Below are positions 14,619-26,800 of a stretch of DNA of 64,000 bases, in pieces. The DNA comes from Monocercomonoides exilis PA203 (taxonomy: Eukaryota > Protista > Preaxostyla). The notes under the pieces were generated by a model that searched no databases, had not been told where the DNA came from, and saw only the letters and a list, made by a program, of their open reading frames with translations. The position numbers were made by a program, and so were the translations under genes. The first letter of the stretch is position 1, and every line of letters begins with the position of its first letter. The DNA lies in the NCBI GenBank assembly GCA_001643675.2, contig LSRY02000015.1, positions 186,001 to 250,000 on the forward strand. Reading direction: 5' to 3'.

Positions 14619-15691
14619 TTGATTTTATTGCTCGTGATGTTTAGCTCATCAGAAAAGATGGAGTTTCAGAGCTCAATCGTTTGTTTTAATGATGACGATA
14701 AGGTATGGGATTGGTTCATTAATGAAATCGTCAGTGATCGCATTCCGATGTGCAAAAAGCACAGAGTCTTCAAACATATATGCAAAAATGGAAAATACAG
14801 ATATTTTTCCTGTTTGATGTGCAAGACAAAGATTAGCGTGCTTTGCGATACGAAATTCAGCAAAACAAAAATTGGATAGCGTGTCACTCTGCTTTTTTGC
14901 ATGTGTTACTGGATGACAATTCCTAATGAAACTATTGCAACGTTAATATTAATCGACAAAGACACAGTGGGATACTGGGGAAGTGTCATGAGAAAAACAT
15001 GTGCTGACACGTGGAATGAAAGGCAGTTGTCTATTGGAGGAGAAGGCAAAACAGGAGAAATTGATGAAGCAACATGGAGGAAAAGAATATTTTTTCGTGG
15101 AAGAAATGAGAAACTGATTTGTATTTTTGGAGGAGTGGAGAGGAAAGAAGATGGAGGAATTGGAGGAATTTTTTTGTGACAAACAGAAAACGAAAGACAC
15201 TCATTTCATTGAAACAGATGGATATAAAGGAAGGCACTTCAATTAAGTCGGATGAGTGGAGAGGACTTAATATTTTGGAATTTCTGGAAAACATGTATTT
15301 GAATGTTTGGAACAAAAGGCAATTATTTATTAAGTATTCACCGGCATATACCGATCCAATTGATGAGTTGTGGGATCATTTGCGCTATTCTTTTCCATCT
15401 ATTGGAACTCTCATTCAATTGATGCATGATTATCTGTTTCTTTATCTTGTCGATTCTTCATTAAACATCACTTTTTCTTATCTCGTTAAGCACATTTGCG
15501 TAGAAAATGATGAATATGATGATAAAGAAATCGAGGGAAACTTAATTGAAGCAGATGAATCTGAAGAAATTGCTGTAACTGACGATATATTGTGGGTGAA
15601 AGTTGAAAAGAAAGAACTGAATCTGAAAGAAACAATGCAGCAGGAGACTGTGAAAGTGCATCTGAACGTGTTCCCTTTAAATAATGATTGA
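14619..15691 (+). pseudogene. Decayed Merlin/IS1595(ISXO2)-family DDE transposase
   Basis: Cys-rich N-terminal zinc-ribbon remnant, then IGGEGKTGEIDE...RGR...IFGGVER, IKEGTSIKSDEWRG and TDPIDELW; broken by a stop and a frameshift. Confidence 0.8.
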
Positions 15692-15723
15692 TTGTTATTT
15701 CACATCATTTTTTTTCAAATACA

Positions 15724-16411
15724 GTCTAATCCGGATATAATCACATCGGATTTTGCACGACTTTTTGTGACAATATCCGATTGTGATAATATTCGATGCT
15801 GCTTCTCACAGAAGAAAAAAAAATAATTATTTAAATAATTAATTTTGGGTCAAATTTTTTATTTTTGAAAATTCTTCATAAAAACGCATTTTTCAATAGT
15901 AAAAACAATTTTTTGGATTTCATTATGTTATTTAAACTTATTTTCACATAATTTCGAAAAATCAAAAAATTGAAGATTTTGATCAAAAAATCGATTTTTC
16001 ATTGAAAAAATCACCAATAATGGAAAAAATTGTGATTATATGGGTAATAATTTTTGAAAAGTCGCAAATGTCTAATTTTCGAATAAATCTAAAATTTCAT
16101 ATCTTGATCAAATTTCCGTTCCCGCTCATGCAGCTTCACAGGAATGTGTAAAATAGCATTATCCAGAAATAGATTATATATAAGTAAAGTTTGGTCTATG
16201 CCAACAAAAATTTGAGCAAAATATGGTATTTTTGATTTATTTGAAAATTAAACATTTGCGACTTTTCAAAAATTATTACCCATATAATTTCAGCCCTGTG
16301 ATTATATGCGATGGAAAATGAATGAAAAATTGGACAAAAATGTCGGTGCATCGAAAAATGTGACTATAAACGAATGTGATTATATTCGACGCGATAATAT
16401 CCGGTTTTGAC
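15724..16411. mobile_element. Degenerate MITE-like unit with ~8 copies of a GTGATWATATYCG-like motif
   Basis: ccggatataatcac (15731-15744) is inverted relative to gcgataatatccgg (16391-16404); internal motif copies at ~15767, 15783, 16032, 16298, 16360 and 16376. Confidence 0.5.
16037..16286. mobile_element. ~250-bp MITE with TATATGGG termini
   Basis: tatatgggtaataatttttgaaaagtcgcaaatgt ... acatttgcgacttttcaaaaattattacccatata; a perfect ~35-bp inverted repeat that extends imperfectly inward. Confidence 0.85.
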
Positions 16412-17491
16412 AAAACAACTTTTTTCATATAAATATGATTATTATAAATCACAATTAATATTTTTTTCTGTTAATATTTTTGATCAAAAAAAATTTAAAA
16501 AAAAATTCCCCCCAAACCATAAACTTCACACATACAACAAGATAATAATATAAATGTCCAATGCGTTGTTGAATTACAGACAAAATTTCATTAAGATCTG
16601 AGGAGAAAATAAATTCAAATGACACCCAATGGTGAAAATGTCCACACATTCATTTATTGGATTTTTCTCTTTTCTTTTCTTTTCTTTTCTTTTCTTTTCT
16701 TTCTTTCTCACATTGTTTGTTTTGAAACTTGATGTTTCTTTTGTATTTTTTTTGTAAAGTGTTAAAATCATCAATCAACTAAATAATAGTTTTTTTCTTA
16801 TTTATAATCTGGGATTTAAAAAATGCAAAAAAGAAATGATGAATATACGCTTTGACTCAAAATCAATAAAAACACTACAATTGAGAGAGTTCTGTTAAAG
16901 TTATTTTTTTTTCGAAAAGCTGTCATCGAAATTAACAAAGTGTTCAATCACCATTGATATAAAAATGAATGTTATAAATATATGAAATATGTTTTCCTTC
17001 GATTTGATTTCATGTCCAAGAAACTGATAAACTTGTTCTGAATTATTATGAGATGATGATTAAAAAGCTAATGACATGAGTTAAAAAAATAAGCAAAAAT
17101 ACATTCTCCAAGTGACTATGACAAAACATTGCCTTGTTTAAAAAACAAAAAAATTCATTGATTCCAATGTGAATTCAAACGGTTTTATTTCCCTTCTTTT
17201 TATTTTGTAGATCACTTTTTTAAAAGTCACAAAGGTCTTATTTTTGGAGAATATGTGTTATTCTGTATTGTTGATCAAGTTATCATTCATATAATCTGAT
17301 TGCAGAAGTTAACACTTTGAAACATGATGATGTTCCTGAAATTTAGATTCATGTTCAACGGTGAAATTGTTCAAGAAGCTTTCAAACATTAGTCAAAAAA
17401 TGAAACATTTCTTTCAAACGGACTGATATTCATTTTCAATTTTTTGAAAATATTAATGAAAAGACATTTTCACATTTGTATTTGTGAAAGT

Positions 17492-19814
17492 GGTGAAAAA
17501 CCCGGGAGATCGTGGAAAATCCGGTAGAAAAGAACATTTTGTGACGTCAATTTCTTTCTTCTTTCTGGGACAATAGCACTTTTATATTCCATTTGGATTA
17601 CGTTCTTCAAATTTTTGAGTTTTAAAAAAAAGAGAAAACGAACAGATATAACATATTAATTATTGCAAGCTATTGATAAAAAATGCTTGAAATGTTTTGA
17701 TTGATAAAAGAATAAATTTCAGAAAAAATTGAACTTTAACGTCGGATTTTTTAAAAATGAAAAAAAACAGTATTTTTTTATCAGTTTTTTTCGTGTCCTC
17801 TGCATTTGAATCATCGTCTATTATCCTCCTTTTGAGCGAAGTTCGCTTGTGTCTAGGATCCTTTATTTCAGTTTCTTCGTAATTGAACACACAACTTATT
17901 TCATTTCCGTTCATAAAATCATCATTTATCTTTTTTCTTCTTTGCCTTTATATCTTTTTCTTCACACAAAGTGGTTCATTAATCGCTTTCTGTTCTTCTT
18001 TTTCAACTTCGTTGTTAACAGAACAGTTTTCTTTTATTTCTTCCGGTATCCTCATTTCATTCTCATGCTTTTCGTTGAATATCTCCTTCAATAGGCGATT
18101 ATCTTTTGGAAAAAATCTTTGAATATGCTTTGCTTCATTCATTGAGAAAACAAATTCAATGACGTCGATTTTTCTGAAGATCACGGAGAACTGAACACTC
18201 GATGCAACACATGTGCAACAGCCACAGGATATCCACCTGTATTCAGGAAGGCTGGTTTTACAACGGAAGGAGATGTTGCTGCTGACAAAGCTTTATGCAA
18301 AACGTCTGACAAAGCTTTTCTGAACGAAGAAGTTGAGAAATAAACTGGTCTCACGAAAGAGTTTTGTAGCACTTGTTTCAATCAAGCAAAAGCACAATTA
18401 TCACAGAGCTGGAGGAGGAATGCCATATTTGGGGGAAAATATTCGATGATCGCATTGTTCTGTTCTGCAAACTTTTTGACTTTTGAATTATGGTGCGTTC
18501 GATGGTTATCCAAAACAATGAGTGCTTTCTCTGATGTTGATGATTTTCGTTTTTCTGCTATCATAGGAATCCACTCCTTTATCATTATTTGTTGAAATAT
18601 TTCCGTAGAAATCCATCCAGATGTGGATCCTTTATAATTCACGTTGAACGAAGAAAGAAATGAAAATTCAGAAGGTTTCTTTTTTCGTGGATATATTAAA
18701 AAGAATGGAAGATGTGACTTATCTGCACAAATTAAAACGCAAATTGTTGCATTTTCAGTTTTCGGTGAAGATGATGGAGAAAGAGGTGATTGATTCTTAA
18801 AACAAATGACAAGTTTTGTGGTTCCATCACCAACTCGGATGGAAGATTCGCAGAAATTGAAGATATCTGTTGAGACTATATCATTGGATATGATAACAGC
18901 AGACAACTCATCAAACCACGCACATATTGTTTCCGTGGAGTGAGCGCATATCTTTGCTATTTCCATTAACCTTGGTCTCGAAGATTTCAAAATAAAGCTT
19001 CTTTTGATAAGATCACATGAATATTTTTTGTTGACTTTCATTTTTTTCTTCTTCATTCTCAACATCAGAATCGATCACTTCTTGAATCAAAATAATCTAA
19101 AAAATTATTAAATCATATTAAAAAGTCCGTAAACCAGAGATTGAATATCCTTGAGTCGAAATTTTTTTTGTTCAGACAATTAAGCGATTGTTTGATTCTC
19201 CACATTTTCAAGTTGATTTTTGGTTATTATTGTTGGCTTCCCAGCTTTTCCGACTTCACGCTTTGCTTTGATAGCAGCTAGCCATCTTGCCCATGCCCCG
19301 TTGGATATTGCATGCGACCCTCCGGTGACCTTCCACGATAAAGGATATTTCTTCTTTATTTCGAAAACTATCAGCGAAGGTGATGAAAATTGACGATATT
19401 CGGAAGTTGCTAATATTCGATGAAGAGAATTTGAAGATAATTTTTCTGATGATTCTATCATTATTTTTTGATCAAAAATTGAATTGATCGTATTGCGAAA
19501 AATTTTTATTATTGATAGCGAAAGTTTTAATATTTTTAATTAATAAAACCATCTTCCAAATAAATTTCAGGTTTTTATTAAATAATATTGCTATTCTTTT
19601 TCGTGGTTTTTTATTTTGTTTCAGACGAACTCACAACTCAAAGCAAACATCTGAATCAAAAAATATTGAAACAGAATCTTTGACGTATCAGGAACAAAGC
19701 ATTCATGAAGATAAAATTATGGTTTCAAGTCGAATAAGTGGGTATTTTCTTTATGAAAAAGGTTTTGAAAAACACAAACTACCGGTTTTTCTACAAACTC
19801 CCGCTTTTTCTACC
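17492..19814 (-). mobile_element. Decayed pogo/Tigger-like (Tc1/mariner, DDE_1) DNA transposon
   Basis: Transposase fragments at 18181-19461: DIFNFCES, TICVLICADKSHLPFFLIY, SGWISTEIF, ALIVLDNHRTH, YFPPN..LLQLCD. Imperfect inverted repeats at 17492-17527 and 19779-19814. Confidence 0.75.
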
Positions 19815-20879
19815 AAGGGTTTTTGTAGTTTAGTGAAAAATCAAATTCAAACACTCTCCAGTTTTCACTTCAAAATATGTAAGTTTATTATCTGTCTTTC
19901 TAAAAAAGAAAAATATTCAAACAAAATTTTTTCTTATTATTTAACAACAAGTCCACGAATTTTTTAATTTTGAATTTCAACTTATTATATTTGTAATATT
20001 ATTAATCTTCAATTTTTAAAAGACAAGTTATTCCATTTTAATTCAAATGAAATTTTGAGCCAAGAACAAACATCATCAATTGGAAACAAAAAGATATTTG
20101 CTTTGCGATTGTATTTCCAATCATCTTATTTCATTCATAACACTCGAATTTGAATTATTTTTGATGAATTGAATGGAAGTTAATTTTTCAATTGTTTCTT
20201 TGTTGAAAATTTGTGAATAAATCGAAATGAATGAAGCTGATTCAAAACAAAAGAAGATTTTGAAAAAAACTCAAAGTGTGAGTGACAAGTGCAAAGAAGG
20301 ATTGAATATATAAAAATAGTGCTTGAAAAAGCTGGTTGCTGATTATAAAAACTCAATAAAACTCAATGGAAACACATATTACAAACGCAAAAGATTTAGC
20401 ATTGAATAACAAATGAACAAAAAATAAGTAATAAAATGGTAACACGAAAACACAAAAGTGAAATATATAAATGGATTTGTGCGAAATGAAAATTGTGACA
20501 AACATGAATTATAACAAAATGGTCGAAAATCTTGTGACATATTTCAAAAACCAAGGCGAAGTCAGACTTCAGAAGAAACAAAAAGCACAGCAGTCCAAAT
20601 TGACAATTTAAATTAAAATATCAAACAAACTCAAATCTTCAATTCAAAACAAAAGAAAAACACTCAACGTGTGCACCTTCCCATTTTTCTAACAAAAATA
20701 TTTCTAGTGATATCACAAATCAAAAGAAAGAAATAAATCGTGGTGATTGATGGTGTCAGCCATTCACAAAAAATTTTTTTTCTACTCATTTTTCACACTT
20801 TTCCTCCATTAAAAAATTCATTCCCTTTTTTTCTGATTTTCAACTTTCTCTCTCTGATATGAAAGTTTGAACCTTCTTT

Positions 20880-23800
20880 TCATTTGACAGTTGTTGTGCT
20901 GTTTGTGCACAAAGAACCGTTTTCTTCACCATTCCCACTCTCAATCCCACTGTCTGGCTCAAGTGTGATTGCATCAGAAATCGTCATGATCAAAGCACCT
21001 GGTGGAAATCCCTGAATGAGCTCTCTTTTCAATCCAGTCAATGTTTCTCGACACTGGCTGTTCTGTTCCAGACAACTCTTCACAATGTCCAACTTCGAAC
21101 TCCCTCCAATTATCTCCAGTGGGGGTCTTTCTCCATTCACAATCTTCTGCCCAGCCACCTCTGCCTCGTATTCTCCAAATGGGATTTGAAGGGTCAGGCA
21201 CTCCCACAGCATCATCCCAATCGAGAATGACACCGATTCCTTTGTTGCTCCCATCTTCTTGTTCATCTGCAGCTCAGGCGCCTTCCACCTCAGGCACTCT
21301 TTTTTGAAACTATCTTCATCCTCAAATGCTGATGAGGGCAGAGAGTCCTCATCATCATCATTGCCACTGGCAGATGTCACAACTGTTGATGATGAGATGG
21401 AGGATGAATCAGAATCATCATCTGACAATAAGTCTGAATGCATAACAATGCAGATCACCATGTGCTCTGAGAACAATACAATGTGAGGGCTCAAGTTGGA
21501 AAGAGATTGAAGAGGGTTTTCCATTTCATCAAATGAGTGCAGTGCCAGATTTGCCACCCAGAACAGGATCTGGGCAGCTGTATGTTCTCTTTCTTTCAAT
21601 GTGCCAATAGGCATTTCCTTTGTCTTATTCAACCCATGAAGCAGCATGAACAATGAATCCCTCAAGTCCACAATCAACTTCTCATGAGGGGATGAACAGG
21701 CCATAGCATCCACCAGATTCGACATGGACGATGTTGTTGGACACAGATCGTCCCTTCGAACAAATGTTGAATCTGAGTCAGTTGAACAAGTCGAAGAAAT
21801 TGATGGTGATGGTGTTCTCTTCCTTATCTCTTCTTCCTCTTCCTCTTTCTCCAGCATCCATTCTGGGATCTTGTCTGAATCCTTCCCCAGAATGTATTCT
21901 GTTGAGCCACTCTCAGAGAGAAGATGCTCCGATGACTCCGAGTGTCCCAAACTTTTTTCATACACTCTCTTCTTTATCCTCTCCTCATTCTTCTTCTCTG
22001 CTTCCCTCTCTGCTCTCCTCCATTGCTCTTCAGGTGACATCTCCATCGTCACCATCTCAATCAGCTTCGGATCCTTTCTGATATTATCGTTCACAATCTC
22101 TCTCAGATCTTCTGCTTCATTCTTTGCCTTCCTCCACCGAACAGCCAGAACAACAGAAACAACAAGAACAATCAAAAGTATTATTGCCATGATAATAACA
22201 ATCAACAGCCAATACGATTTCCATTCTTTCCCTCCTTCAACAATCCTTTCATCTCCATTAGCCTTGAGCTCACTTCTGTTCTTCACAATGAAAGAATCAG
22301 TGGATGATTGCTTGTCAGCATCCCCAAACAGAATGCTCACTCTCACCTCTGCCTCTTCTTCTGCCTCGCTTATCATCTCCCTTGCCAATCTCCCTTCAAC
22401 TTCTGTCTCCGACACAAATCCACTCTCATCAAACTCATATTTCTCTATCTGCTTTTCAGCCCCAATCTGCTTCACAACCATGAATGACAAGTTGCAAGGC
22501 AACAGCAGCTTCCCTTTAAGCATAACCTCAACTTCTGCTCCTTCTTCCTTTGTTTCAACACCCTCCAACACTGGAATGAAGAATGAAGAAGCTCTTTCAG
22601 AAACAATCCCTTCAAATAAACATCCATCATTCAAAATCCACATCGATATGTCTGGGAAAACTCCATCTCCTCCTTTCAAACTGGAAATAGACAGTGAAGC
22701 AGAGTCAGAGCAGATGATATTTCTTCTCAATGATGGATATTTTGTATTCAATGGATTGTTGTTGCTGAAGTTTCCTGCTTCAATCTTCACATTCCCACTC
22801 GATATGGATAATCCACCTGAAGAAGCATTCAAAATTGTCACATCCTTCATCATCAGTGAAGAGTTGGTAGAATGAACAAGTGATCCATTCCATTCACATA
22901 TCTCATCAAATGTATTTTTTCTCTCGCTTTCACTTTCTTTTGAAAGAATTCCAACAAATCGACACGAATCCATCAAAACATCCTTCGTATTGTTCATCTC
23001 CATCATGCTTCCTTTGCTTGACAGAGAATTACAGTCTGAACAGGAACAGTTAGAAAGAACAATTTGAGCAGAAGTTGAAGAAGCGGAAAGAACAGAAGCT
23101 CCTTTTGAATTCCTCGAGCAGTTCTTGAATGACGAGCTTCCAACCGAAACACTTCCCGAAGTTGAGCTGCCAATCGAAATGATGCAACCTTCTGACAATT
23201 TCACTCCATTTGCATCAATTCCATTCAGCACAACACTTCCACATTGCCCAATTTCAACAACATTTCTTGTTGATTCAATCTGTTCCAGTTTCATATTTGT
23301 GAATGAGACCTCATCTCCATTTAGCAGAAATGAAGGTTTCTTGAACGAAAGGAGCGACACTGAGCAGTTGTCAACATGAACAATCCCCTTTGCAATGCTC
23401 AGTAATGTTGAGTTGAGAACAACAACAAGTTGATTGTTGTTTGACCCTCCTACAGAAGAGAAGTCAACAAATGAAAGAGAAAGCTGGCCACTTGCCTCAT
23501 GAATGATGGAACTGCCTGAATATGAAAATAACCGACCAAAGTTGAATTTCACACTCTCAATCCGAACTTTCTCTGAAGTTGTGAGAAGACTTCCCTTATA
23601 GCCAGAAATTGTTGAGTTCAGATGCACCAAAGCAGTTGAAGGAGACTCAAGTGAGCGGATAATCACATCATGCACATCACATTCCCCATTGATGATCGTC
23701 TCCTCTGAGATCAACAGCTGCGAATAACGAGAAGGAATGATGTGTTGAACTCCAACATCCAATGAGTGGCATGGAGCATTGAACTCTCCACATTGCTTGC

Positions 23801-26800
23801 TGTCTGTGTGATTGTCTGCAACTGAAGATACAAATATCGTTTCACTCTGGTATTTCACAACCCTCAGCAGAAGATCCTCTTCCCCAACAAAAGAGTCTGT
23901 TGTGGCACCCCACATAGCCAGATCCTTCACAAATGGTGTTCTGAAATCCAAAAGGAATTGCTCATCAACAATTTGAGTTTCGATTGAATGGCATCTCACA
24001 TACACATCTCTTCCCCTGAACGCAGAGTTGTCTTTGAATGTGATATTCGATAGCACAAAGTTCAGAGGCTGCTCAACTGTCGAGGTGCATTCCAGAAACA
24101 GCCACCCACCTCTTCCTGTGGTGGAGCAGAAGCACTCAGAAATCGTGCAAAATGAGCAGTCAAACTTTCCTCCCTCATTCAGCACACAAAACATCCCTCC
24201 TCCCTTTCCACACCTCGTTCCACCACACTTCTTCATCGTTGTGTTTCGAATCACAATTTTCAATGGATCATCATCGTTGCCATTTCTGATGATGGGAATA
24301 TCATCTGTTGTGTTCTGTGTGACTTCTTCGAATGAACTCCACTCAACAATAACATCTTGTTCAACTTCATTTTTTTCTCTCCCTGAACTCTTTGATATCC
24401 TCAATCCGCTTGATCCATCTAGCTCAATATTCTTCATTGTCAAATTTTTAACGTTCAGAATCGTAGAAGATAACACAGAAATAACATCCTTTGAAAAGCT
24501 AAGTGATTGCATTGACACAAATTCTAATACAACTGTGCCTCCATCTGCTTTTATCAGTCCAAAGTTGATCGTTCCTTCTCTGCTTTCTTCATTTTTTGTG
24601 AATGAGCAGTCTTTCAGAGTCAACAATCCTTCACTTGATCCAACATAAATCAAATTACTGACTCCACTTGTGAAGGATGATGGAACAACAAAGTCAATCA
24701 GTTCGAAATCGGTAATGCCAAAAATCTTCATTGCAGTTCCTTCTGCTCCTTCAAGTGATGAGAGACATTCCAAAGAACACATGTCTGCATTGTTTGAGCT
24801 TATTGAAAACCCACTCATATCAACACTCTTCTGAAGAATCGCTTTTTCAATGATGTTCATATTCTTTTCATTTCCCTCAGCCAATCGATCCAATGAATAA
24901 TCAATTGATAGACAAGGATAATCTGAGAACCCGCAAGTGCAAACATCTTTTCCATCATCTCTGATAAATATCTCTGATCCAAGTGTGCGCCAGAAATAGA
25001 TAAGTGGAATAGTATTCTCTGTATCATTCCCATCAAACCCTCTCATCGAATCCAAGGAAATATCTGACAGATTCTCAGAAACAAATGGAAGAGAGGTGTT
25101 TGTGATGCTCTTCGTCAAGTTGGATGATTCAACAAACAGGTCATTTCCATATTTCGCAACATTTGGCTTGTCTTCCTCAAAAACAGGGGATGATATCACA
25201 AATGAAGAATCATCGTCAATCAGCTTCAGTGCCATCCCTCCTCCAAACCCAGTCTTGTCTTCTCCAGCTGGTGCTGTGCATCCTGTAAATGTGCACGAAA
25301 TAACATTCATTTGAATGCTCCCTTTCAACTGGGCATTGATAGCCCCTCCTTTGCTTTCATCGGCCAAAACAGAACATTCTTCAAAATCACATTCTTCAAT
25401 ATTTATTTCTCCATTTGAATCTTCATCATTGCTGTAATCGATGCTCACACAGCCTCCACTTCCTGTTCTTCTTTCTATTTTTGTGAAATTGCAGTTCGTC
25501 ATGTTCAGCCATTTGGCACTCATTGAATCGGTATTTGTGCTGCTTCCAGTCAACAAGATCAATGGATTTCCATTCAAAGCGATTGAAGAAGCCGAAAACG
25601 AGTCAATGGCCAAAGTCCCAGATTCAACAGATAAGAATAGATATGCTAATTCCGATGAATGATCTTGAAGGAAAATGGAGCAATGAGACAAAGTCAGTTG
25701 TGAAGATGAAGAAATAAAAGTGGAGTGTAATGAAAGAGACGGAGGAAGAGAGAAGATGAGCTTTGATAATTCTGTTTCAACATTTGCTGTTATCATCGCT
25801 GAATTGGTCATTGAGCTTGCATCAGAGACTGTCCAGCCACTTTCATCATCAATTCCTTTAATTTCGTGTTTCTGTTCAGCAAAGGCCAATTCATCATTCA
25901 TCGTAATCATTCCACTCACAACAATTTTCTTTGTATCAGTTTGACGCGTGAGTGAGTGCTTCATTGTCAAGCAAGGAAATTGAACAATTCCACAATGTGA
26001 GTGATCGGATGCCTCCGAATCACTCACATATATTTCTTCTGGGGTGGGAAGAAGATAGATGCACAGAGGGATGACAACGCTCGTGTTTCCATTGTCGTAT
26101 CCTCTCACCTTGTCAAATGAATCCAAAGAGGCTGCTATGCATTGAATCTTTTGTGATTTTGCAGTCACTTCAAGGTTTGGAGAAAAGACAAAGATGTCAC
26201 TTCCCCACTTGGCTGTATTTGTCCCAAAGGAAGAAGAGATCAAGAAATTGGGATTTTCATTCAATAATCGAAGAAGGATTCCTCCTCCAAGACCATTGGA
26301 AGATGAACAAAAGCACCCATCGAAAGATCCACCTTCCACTTTCACTTCATTTGCTTCTCCCACACACAGCATCATCGATCCTCCATTATCTGAACTTGTG
26401 CTTCCACAACCTTCGAATGAACAAGAATCCAGATCAATGTTTGCCTTGTCGTTGGAAAACGACATCACAGCCACTCCATTCCTTGTTCTTTCTATCCCAG
26501 AAAAGGTACATTCTGAAAATGTCAATGAAATCTCATTTGTCGAAGAAAGCGAAATCAGTGAAGTTGTTGAGATGGTCTTTGCCCAATTCACACTTTCCAT
26601 TTGAAATATTCCTCCCTGAACATTTATCAGCTCTGTGGTGAATGCTGTTTCTGTTGAGTGTCCGCTTCCAACAGATATGTTCAGTCTGCTAACATGCATT
26701 TCTCCAGTTCCAGTGATCTTAAATAGCCTTGAGGCTCGATTATTGTCATATTTTGAGTCATGCACAAGGGCAAGATCATTGACAGTCAATGTTCCTGTCG

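Noticed and set aside
15724-16411. CRISPR-like array
   Set aside because: Repeats are short, degenerate and irregularly spaced, with no cas genes, in a eukaryotic context
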